From contig CAWEMM010000006.1 in assembly GCA_963810095.1 (NCBI GenBank), positions 672,001 through 736,000 on the forward strand: a DNA stretch of 64,000 nt, written 5' to 3'. Positions 55,874 through 64,000 of the stretch are shown piece after piece. Positions within the stretch are counted from its first letter, which is position 1; every line of letters begins with the position of its first letter. Under the pieces are notes generated by a model, which was not told the DNA's origin, searched no databases, and was given only the letters and a program-made list of their open reading frames with translations. The position numbers and the translations under genes were made by a program. The DNA is from an uncultured Chloroflexia bacterium. GTDB taxonomy: Bacteria; Chloroflexota; Anaerolineae; CG2-30-64-16.

Positions 55874-56347
55874 ATGGATGCACCGATAGCGATCCAGGAC
55901 CTCTACCCGGAGAACGTGGCCTACTGCTACGGGTGCGGCCGCCTGAACGACGCAGGGATTGCAGATCAAGAGCTTCGCCGAGGGGGAAGAGACCGTATGT
56001 CACTTCATGCCCCGCCCCTATCACATGGCCGTGCCCGGCTACGTTTACGGCGGGCTGATCGCGTCCCTGATCGATTGCCACGGCACGGGGACAGCGGCGA
56101 TCGCCGCGTACAAGGCCGAGGGCCGCGAGCCGGGCACCGAGCCGCCCATCCGGTTCGTGACTGCGTCGCTGAAGGTCGATTTCCACCGGCCTACGCCGCT
56201 CGGTCCCGTGCTCGAACTGCGCGGGCGGGCGCGCGAGGTGCGCGGGCGCAAGGTGTGGCTGGATATCAGCTGAGCGCCGAGGGCCAGGTCTGCGCCCCCG
56301 GCGAGGTCCTGTGCGTGCGCATGCCCGAGGATTTCGGGTCAAAGTAG
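55874..56347 (+). CDS. PaaI/hotdog-fold thioesterase, frameshifted
   Basis: CYGCG, GYVYGGLIASLIDCHG, FVTASLKVDF..PTP. Confidence 0.85.
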   Translation: MDAPIAIQDLYPENVAYCYGCGRLNDAGIADQELRRGGRDRMSLHAPPLSHGRARLRLRRADRVPDRLPRHGDSGDRRVQGRGPRAGHRAAHPVRDCVAEGRFPPAYAARSRARTARAGARGARAQGVAGYQLSAEGQVCAPGEVLCVRMPEDFGSK

Positions 56348-56375
56348 CAGGCTTCAGTAGCAGTGGGGAGGGAAT

Positions 56376-57229
56376 ATGTTTGCGCCGGATCTGCTCAAGG
56401 ACAAGGTGATCCTGATCACTGGCGGCGGCACCGGCCTGGGCCGGGCCATGGGCGAGCGGTTTCTGCAGCTTGGCGCCAAGCTTGCCATCGCCAGCCGCCG
56501 GGAGCCGGTTCTCCGCCAGGCCGCGGACGAGATGATGGCCGCCTGCGGCGGGGAGGTCTTGCCCGTCGTGTGCGACGTGCGCGACCCCGAAGCGGTCGAG
56601 GCGATGATGGAGGCGGTCTGGGCGCACTACGGCGGGCTGGACGTCCTGGTGAACAATGCCGCGGGCAACTTTGCCAGCCCCACCGAGAAGCTGTCGCCGC
56701 GGGCGGTCGACTCCGTCCTGGGCATCGTGCTGCACGGCACCTTCTACTGCACGCTGGCGGCCGGCAAGCGCTGGATCGCCTCGCAGCAGCGCGGGCGGAT
56801 CCTGAACATCGTCGCCACGTACGTCGAGTCCGGTTCGGCCTATGTGACGCCCTCGGCCGCGGCCAAGGCCGGCGTCATGGCGCTCACCCGCTCGCTGGCG
56901 GTGGAGTGGGGCAAGCACAACATCACGACGGTGGCCATCGCGCCGGGCCCTTTCCCCACAGAAGGCGCGTGGTCGACGACTGATGCCCGGCGAACAGCAT
57001 GACCGAGCTCGCGCTCAACCGCATCCCGCTCAGGCGGGTGGGGCGGCACGAGGAGCTGGCGAACCTGGCGGCCTACCTGCTCTCAGACATGGCCGAATAC
57101 ATCAACGGCGACTGTATCGTGATCGACGGCGGCGAGTGGCTGAAGGGTGCGGGCCAGTTCTCGTGGCTCGAGATGCTGAGCGACGACGACTGGGCGCAGC
57201 TCGCCGCCCGCGCGCGCCAGGGCAAGTAG
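56376..57229 (+). CDS. 2,4-dienoyl-CoA reductase-like SDR, frameshift near 56990
   Basis: TGGGTGLG, NNAAGNF, SAAAKAG, APGPFPT, IDGGEWL. Confidence 0.9.
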
Positions 57230-57235
57230 CATCTC

Positions 57236-57295
57236 ACCACAAAGACACCAAGACACGAGGTCGACAACGGCCTCGTGTCTTCATGCCTTTGTGGT
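57236..57295. repeat. Inverted repeat, family B copy 3
   Basis: ACCACAAAGACACCAAGACACGAGG ... CCTCGTGTCTTCATGCCTTTGTGGT. Confidence 0.8.
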
Positions 57296-57322
57296 TACAT
57301 CCCTCCGCTCAAGGAGTCAATC

Positions 57323-58483
57323 ATGCTTCCCCAACTGCCGACGTCGTCGTCATTGGCGGCGGCGTCATGGGCGCCAGCGCGGCCTATCACCTGGCCGCCG
57401 CGGGCGTCAAGAATGTCGTCCTGCTCGAGAAGCACGAGTTTCTGGGCGCGGAGGCCACCGGCAAGTGCGCCGGCGGCATCCGCTACCAGTTCAGCACCGA
57501 GATCAACATCCGCCTCTCGCAGATCAGCCTGCCCATGCTCCAACGGTTCGAGGAGGAGACCGGGCAGAGCATCGACCTGCGCTGGCCCGGCTACCTTTTC
57601 CTGCTGGACAACCCGCACGACCTCGCGGTGTTCCGGCAGAACGTGGCGCTGCAGAACTCGCTCGGCGTGCCCTCGTGCATCCTTTCGCCCGACGAGATCG
57701 CGGACACGGGTCCCGCTGCTGAACCTCGAAGGCGTGCTTGGCAGGCGCGTGGCACGCGGGCGACGGCCTGGCCGACCCGAACGGCGTGGTCCAGGGCTAT
57801 GCGGCGGCGGCCCGCCGGCTGGGCGCGAAGATCTTCACGGCGACCGAGGTCACAGGGATTCGGTCGAGGGCGGCCGGGTTACCGGCGTGTCGCACGCCGC
57901 AGGGCGACATCAGCACGCCGGCGGTCGTGAATGCCGCCGGCCCGTGGGCGGGCAAGGTCGCCGCGCTGGCCGGGCTCGACTTGCCCATCGTCCCGCTGCG
58001 CCGGCAGATCGTCGTCACCGCGCCGCTGAAGGGCGTGCCCGACGACTTTCCCTTCGTGCTCGACTTCAGCCGCTCGCTCTATTTCCACCGGGAGGGCAAG
58101 GGCATCCTGACCGGCCAGTCGAACAACAAGCGAGAAGCCGGGCTTCGACCAGTCGATCGACCACGCCTGGACCGAGCAGCACCTGGAGAACGCGATGTGG
58201 CGCTTCCCGCTGCTGGCCAAGGCGGGCCTGCTGCGCGAATGGGCGGGCCTGTACGAGGTCACGCCCGACGCGCACCCGGTCATCGACACGCGTGGCACGA
58301 TCCGCAGGGCTTCACCATCGTCGCAGGCTTCAGCGGGCACGGCTTCATGCACGGCCCCGTCGCCGGCCTGCTGGCGGCCGAGCTCGTGCTCGCACGGCGC
58401 AGGCGCACACGCTCGACATGCACCAGCTGCGCTTCAGCCGCTTTGCCGAAGGCGACCTGGTGACGGAGCACAACGTCGTCTAA
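57323..58483 (+). CDS. FAD-dependent oxidoreductase (sarcosine oxidase beta/DAO family), frameshifted
   Basis: VIGGGVMG, GGIRYQF, VVNAAGPW, WAGLYEVTPD, GFSGHGFM. Confidence 0.88.
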   Translation: MLPQLPTSSSLAAASWAPARPITWPPRASRMSSCSRSTSFWARRPPASAPAASATSSAPRSTSASRRSACPCSNGSRRRPGRASTCAGPATFSCWTTRTTSRCSGRTWRCRTRSACPRASFRPTRSRTRVPLLNLEGVLGRRVARGRRPGRPERRGPGLCGGGPPAGREDLHGDRGHRDSVEGGRVTGVSHAAGRHQHAGGRECRRPVGGQGRRAGRARLAHRPAAPADRRHRAAEGRARRLSLRARLQPLALFPPGGQGHPDRPVEQQARSRASTSRSTTPGPSSTWRTRCGASRCWPRRACCANGRACTRSRPTRTRSSTRVARSAGLHHRRRLQRARLHARPRRRPAGGRARARTAQAHTLDMHQLRFSRFAEGDLVTEHNVV

Positions 58484-58545
58484 GGCGAAGCAGACCTCGC
58501 GCGTACTGATCGCCTCGGAGGCTCTTGATCCTATGGGAGGAATGC

Positions 58546-60052
58546 GTGGACATCGTTGTCAAGCAAGGTAACATCGCGCAGGAGGCAGCCGAACTGATCG
58601 TCGTCAACCTGTTTCAGGGCGTCACGCTGCCCGGCGGCGCAACCGGCGCGGTCGACGGCGCGCTCGGCGGCATGATCCGCGACGTGCTGGCCACGGGCGA
58701 CTTCACGGGCAAGGCCGGCGAGACGCTCGTGCTCTACACTCGGGGCGCAGTCCCTGCGCCGCGGGTGCTGATCGTCGGGCTGGGCGAAGCGGCCAAGTTC
58801 GACCTGCAGGGCGTGCGGAACGCGTCGGCCACGGCAGCGCGCAAGGCACGTGAACTGGGCGTGAAGCGCTTCGCCACTATCGTGCACGGCGCCGGCATCG
58901 GCGGGCTGGAGCCGGAGCGCGCCGGCACAGGCGCTGGCGGAGGGCGCGCTGCTGGGCCTGTACCGCTTCGAGGGCTACCGCTCGAAGCCGCCCGAAGGAC
59001 TGGAAGCCCGACCCGGAGAAGATGACCGTCGTCGAGTTCAGCGGCGAGCGGAGCGCGGCGCTCGAGGCGGGCATCCGCCGGGGCGAAGCCGTCGCCGCGG
59101 GCGTCAACCTCGCCCGCCACCTGGTCAATACGCCGGCCAACCACATGACCCCGGCCGTAATGGCCGAAGCCGCCGAGGCACTCGCGCGCGAGACCGGGCT
59201 TGATTTCGAAGCACTCGGCCGCGCCGAGTGCAAAGCGCTCGGCATGGGCATCTTCATGGCCGTCGCCGAGGAATCGGAGCAGGACCCGAAGCTGATCGTC
59301 CTCGAACACAACAAGGGCGCCCGCAACCTGCCTACCGTCGTGCTCGTCGGCAAGGGCGTCACCTTCGATTCGGGCGGCATCTCGATTAAGCCGGGCGAAG
59401 AGATGTGGAAGATGAAGGGCGACATGGCCGGCGCAGCGGCGGTGATCGCGTGCCCTCGGCGTTGCTGCCCGCCTGAAGCTGCCGCTCCACGTCGTCGGGC
59501 TTGCGCCCTGCGCCGAGAACCTGCCCGGCGGCCGCGCACAGAAGCCCGGCGACGTCTTCACGGGCATGACCGGCAAGACGATGGAGGTCATCAGCACGGA
59601 CGCCGAAGGCCGGATGCTGCTGGCCGACGCGCTTGGCCTACGCCGCCCGCTTCAAGCCGGCCGCAGTGATCGATATTGCCACGCTGACCGGCGTGCAGAG
59701 CATGGCGCTGGGGCCACATGCCGCCGGCTTCTTTGCGAACGACGAAGCTCTGGCGACCCGGCTGGTCGCGGCAGCCGAGGCGTCGGGCGAGCGAGTGTGG
59801 CGCTTCCCGCTGTATGATGAGTACCTGGAGCCGATCAAGAGCCAGGTGGCCGACGTAAAGAACACGGGCGGCCGCTACGGCGGGCTGGGGACCAGCGCGA
59901 AGTTCATCGAGCACTTCACCGAGGGCTATCCCTGGGCCCACGTCGACATGGCGTCGATGTCGCTGGCAGATGACGACAAGCCGGCCAAGCCTAAGGGCGC
60001 GACAGGGTACGGCGTGCGCTTGTTCACCGCGCTGCTGGAGGGCTGGAGGTAA
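58546..60052 (+). CDS. pepA: Leucyl aminopeptidase (M17), frameshifted
   Basis: [37 protein letters not shown]. Confidence 0.93.
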
Positions 60053-60080
60053 GCCGGACCGCGGGTCAGGCTGAGGCTAA

Positions 60081-60156
60081 AACACAAAGACACCACGGCA
60101 CAAGGCGGGCGGACTTCGATCAGGTTCCAGCCGGCTTAGCTTGGTGTCTTTGTGTT
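60081..60156. repeat. Inverted repeat, family B copy 4
   Basis: AACACAAAGACACCA ... TGGTGTCTTTGTGTT perfect 15-bp arms, between convergent genes. Confidence 0.82.
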
Positions 60157-60180
60157 AACCAGAGGGCGCCGCCGGCCACA

Positions 60181-60621
60181 TCAGGCTTCCGGGCAGACTT
60201 CGAAGCTGTGCGTGATCTGGGTCACCCCGCGAATCGTTGCCGCCACCGAGCAGTACTTCTCCTCAGACAGCTTGATCGCACGCTCCACCTTCTTCGGGTC
60301 CAGCCCCACCCCGGTCGCCTGGTAGTGCAGGTGGATCTTCGTGAACTGCCATGGCGGCTCGGGTGCTTGCTCTGCGTCCGCGGTGATGAGCAGGCTTGCG
60401 AGCGGCTCGTGCTGCTTCTGCAGGATATCCACCACGTCGTAACCGGAGCACGATGCCAGCGCGACGACCAGAAGATCAGACGCCTTCGCGCCGCGCGCCT
60501 CGGTCCAGCTCGGGTCGCTCGGCTTCTGCCACGTACCCGCAACGACTGTCCGCCCCAGGGTGTCGAGGCCCACGAACATGCGGCTGTCTTCACCCAACCA
60601 CTTGACATTGATTCTTCCCAT
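60181..60621 (-). CDS. OsmC/Ohr (YhfA-like) family protein
   Basis: [22 protein letters not shown]. Confidence 0.88.
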   Translation of the reverse strand: MGRINVKWLGEDSRMFVGLDTLGRTVVAGTWQKPSDPSWTEARGAKASDLLVVALASCSGYDVVDILQKQHEPLASLLITADAEQAPEPPWQFTKIHLHYQATGVGLDPKKVERAIKLSEEKYCSVAATIRGVTQITHSFEVCPEA

Positions 60622-60742
60622 GATGCCTCCGATAAATGCTGCTGCTGTGCGCGGTGCGAAGCGAACAAGGACCGCGAGCAGCTGCGCCTGGCTGCCCGTT
60701 TTATCTTTTGACGCTCAAAGCATGTGCCGGGTTACACCCAAC

Positions 60743-62958
60743 TCAGAGCGCTGCGACCAGCAGCAGGGTCATGTCGTCGGCCTGCTCCGCGCCGTTCCGA
60801 TATGCTTCGAGCTCGTGCGCCAGTGCCCCGCACATTTCATTCGCCGCGCAGGCCGCCATGCTGCTCTACCAGGCCGGTGAGCCGCGACAAGCCCAACAGG
60901 GCGCCGTCCCCGTTCATCACGTCGGTGAGTCCGTCCGTGTAGAGCACGAGCCGGTCGCCCGGCTGCAGCACGACTTCGTGCTCGACGAGCGTCGCCCCCA
61001 CGTCCTCGAACACGCCGAGCAGCATCCCGTTGCCCCCGAGCTGTTCCACGGCGCTCCCACGGAGCAGCAATGGCCGGTCGTGCCCCGCGCGCGCATACAC
61101 CAGCCGGCCGGTGTCCCCGTGCAGGACTGCATAGAAAACCGTCACGAACATGCCCTGCTCGCCCAGTTCGAGCAGCAGGCGATTCACGTTGGCGAGCACG
61201 ACCCGCGGCGAAGGCTCTCGGGTCGCCTCGGCGCGGATCAGGCTCCGGCTCAGCGCCATGTAGAGCGCCGCGGCCATCCCTTTGTCCGACACGTCCGCGA
61301 TCACCAGTCCCACCCGGGCATCGCCCAGGTCGATCACGTCGTAGAAGTCGCCGCCAACCTCCCGGGCGGGCTCGTTGTACGCGGCAAAAGCATAACCGGG
61401 CAGGCTCGGGAAGGTGTGGGGCAGGAAGCTCTGCTGCACTTGCCGGGCCAGTTCCAACTCGCGCGCCATGCGCGCCTTGACTGCCAGCTCGGCCTGCGCG
61501 GCTTCGAGCGCCGCCACCTTGGCGCGTAACTGGGCCGTCAGCCCCGCCCGCTGCAGCGCCAGCGCGGCCTGGGCCGCAAACGTCTGCAGGAGGGCAAGGT
61601 GGCCGGGCGCAAAGCTGGTGCGCACCGTGCTGTGGACGTACAGCGCACCGACCGTCTCGCCTTGGGCCGCCAGCAACACACGGACGCCTGCCCTGAGCAC
61701 CGCGCCCTCGACATCGGGGGTGCGCCAGGGAATGCCCGGGGGCCAGCTGTCGAAGGGTGCAGGCCGGCCCCGCGCCTGCCTCGCCGGAAGGCAGGACACA
61801 CTTCTTCGACCGGTTGGGGCCCGGGCAGCCTGTCCGCGCCCCAGCCGGCCTCCCCGAGCGCGACTCCCTGGCCGTCCGTCGCCGCGTATAACACGACACG
61901 GTCCGCGCCGCACAACTCGCGCGCCTGCTGGCAGATGTGGCGTGCCAAGGCCTCGGGTGTCGCATCGGATAGGAGCACCTCGCTCATCCGCTGCAAGCGA
62001 CACCAGGGCCTCTGTCCGCTGCGCCGACACCCGGTGGGCCGACTCCAACTCGGCGACCTTGCGCTGCAGCGAGGCGTTCGCCTCACGAAGCGCCGCCTCG
62101 CTGGCCGCCTTGAGCGCGTGCGCGTGCTTGATCTGCATGGCTTCCAGCGATAAGACGTCGTCAAGCGTGAAAAAGCCATCCTGGGCCAGTTGGAGTGCGT
62201 ATGCCTCATAGGAGACGACGGTCTGCCGCTCAACGGGCCGGTAGATGTCGAACAGGGTCACCTCGCCCGAGCGCCCCGAGCCATCGCAGCGGGCGCACCC
62301 GTTGGCCTCGTGCGCCACGGTCGGCAGTTCCAACGGCAGTGGGAACCTGGCGCGGAGCTCGGCCAGTTCCAGGGGATTCGGAGGGCGGGAGGTCAGGCAG
62401 GTGGGGCAGAGCGCGGGCATGCGCTGGCTGCTGAGCGACCCAGTCCAGGTGGTGGAGCAGAAGCTCGCGGTCGGCGCCGTCGTCCACCAACTGGCGAACC
62501 AGGCCCACCCCGCGATAGGGTGTGTCGATTTGGGCGAGCACCTTGACGCCCCGGCCGGCGAGTTGGAGCGCGGCTTCCGCGACCCGGGCATCCTCGATCT
62601 TCTCCACGATCAGGAGCTCGGGTGGGAGGCCCATCAACGCAAGCAGGCGGGCCCGCACCTCGTCCGCATCGCCCGCGGCGACCACGTCGACACGCCGGCG
62701 TTCCTCACGCCGCACCCGCAGCATGTCGCGGTTGCCCGAGATGATGACGACGCGACGCTTTGTCTGGGCGAGCAGCCGTCGGGCAACCAGACGAAATAGA
62801 GACCCGCGGCCAGACGGCAAGGGCAACTGGTCGGCTATGGAAACCGAAGGGGGGGTCTCGATGCCGGCAACCAGCACAAGACCGGCCGGCTCGACGACAA
62901 GTTGCTCGACTGCCTCGGCCAGCGCGGGCAGATGATGGATGTCGCTCAGGTCAAGCAT
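60743..62958 (-). CDS. Degenerate PilB/GspE-type ATPase domain + coiled coil + GAF + SpoIIE/RsbU PP2C phosphatase fusion, frameshifted
   Basis: PAGLVLVAG, PPELLIVEKIED..AE.A, LCPTC..GCARC.G.G; GAF (VGALYV..F...LLQTFAAQAALAL); PP2C EVGGDFYD, ADVSDKG, AGH, YTDG, DDMT. Confidence 0.8.
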
Positions 62959-63053
62959 GAGGCTATTAATGACACACCTCCGAGGTTTGCGCCACTCTGC
63001 AGCGCTGGAAACCTCGGAGGTGTGGAAGGGGTCGACGTGTGCAGGGGCCAGGC

Positions 63054-63435
63054 TCAGGCGGCGCGGTCGCTCCGGTGCCACCAGACGTAGGCGACAATGC
63101 CTGCGATGGAGACGGCGGATCCGACGGCGGCTGCGGCAGCGGCGCCGAGAACCCAGCGCCGCTCGAGGCCGTCCCGTTCTCCGGTCACATCGCCCGACCG
63201 GTCGGGAGTGGCAAACGCAGCTTGAGTGTTTTGCTGCCGAGCGGCGGAGACAAGGCTGCGCTCGAGGTCATCACGGAACTGCACGGCGGGCGTCATAGGA
63301 AGCAGCAGAGCGGCCAGTTCGCGCGCGAGCGCCAGGAACGGCATGACGGTCAGACACGTCCGCAGGTTGAGGCGTTGCGGGCGTGCGCGTCATGAAGAGG
63401 ACCTGGGGCAGGAATGCAAAGAGACTGCCAGACAT
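63054..63435 (-). CDS. Putative membrane-anchored anti-sigma-like protein, frameshift near 63350
   Basis: AGAAAGG RBS; LARELAALLLPMTPAVQFRDDLERSL helix and C-terminal TM; directly downstream of ECF sigma. Confidence 0.55.
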
Positions 63436-63539
63436 ACTAGACCTTTCTTACGTGCGCAGTGATTGCTTGCGAGTTGATCGCTTGCCCATTCGGCGCCAGC
63501 GACTCGCCCCGCCTTTCCAGGCGTCCACCGTTTCCAGTG

Positions 63540-64000
63540 CTACCAGTCGCGCGCTTCCAGATCGGCCTTCAGGGCTTTCAACGTCCTGAAATACAACGAC
63601 TTGATCGCGCTTTCTGTTCGCCCCATCACCGCGCCGATCTCTTCGTTGGACAACCTGTCGGCGTACTTGAGAATCAGCAGGCGTTGCCGCTCCTCGGGTT
63701 GCCGTCGAATTGCCGACCACAGCGCACTGCGCCGCTCGTTGCTCTCAGCCACCCGCTCCGGGCCATCCGCGGGCTTCCCGGTGAGCTCCAGATCCTCCAG
63801 TGAAGTCAGTTTCCACCGGCTGTGTGACCGGTGGTGGTTGGCTACCAGGTTGTGGGCAATGCGATACAGCCATGCCACGAACGGCACGCCGTGATCCGTG
63901 TACTTCGGGAGATGCGTCAGCGCCTGGTGAAAAGTACGGGCGGTCAGGTCCTCCGCATCCGCCACGTTGCCCGTCCGGTAGTAGATGTACGTATAGATCC
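63540..64000 (-). CDS. ECF sigma-70 factor, 5' end outside window
   Basis: DAEDLTARTF, AWLYRIAHN, LSNEEIG.VMGRTESAIKSLYFR. Confidence 0.92.
   Translation of the reverse strand, partial: IYTYIYYRTGNVADAEDLTARTFHQALTHLPKYTDHGVPFVAWLYRIAHNLVANHHRSHSRWKLTSLEDLELTGKPADGPERVAESNERRSALWSAIRRQPEERQRLLILKYADRLSNEEIGAVMGRTESAIKSLYFRTLKALKADLEARDW

Noticed and set aside
16460-60156. Repeat families as a CRISPR array or IS ends
   Set aside because: Dispersed single copies, no regular spacers, no cas or transposase genes
1-64000. tRNA/rRNA genes
   Set aside because: No cloverleaf or rRNA-like sequence recognised in the intergenic regions

Overview
High-GC bacterial chromosomal segment of mostly housekeeping and cell-envelope genes. 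Gene content and protein style (GT-C membrane glycosyltransferases, M6/S8 secreted proteases with a C-terminal YLPxVxR tail, bacterial class I HMG-CoA reductase, fused ADP-forming acetate-CoA ligase) point to Chloroflexota (Anaerolineae/Caldilineae-like); this placement is an inference. About 50 genes can be reconstructed, but many are broken by small indels that look like uncorrected long-read errors rather than true pseudogenes, so full genes were stitched from consecutive reading frames. No rRNA, tRNA, CRISPR array, transposase or phage gene was seen. Most notable: (1) a single gene fusing an apparently catalytically dead PilB/GspE-type secretion-ATPase domain (Zn-binding cysteines retained) to GAF and RsbU/SpoIIE phosphatase domains, directly downstream of an ECF sigma / anti-sigma-like pair; (2) a beta-propeller sensor-TM-P-loop NTPase gene coupled to a second soluble NTPase, inside a glycosylation locus; (3) two families of intergenic palindromic repeats; (4) an unannotated atypical Flp-like pilin upstream of comF, and a structured leader upstream of hpf/raiA; (5) HMG-CoA reductase with an extra N-terminal domain.
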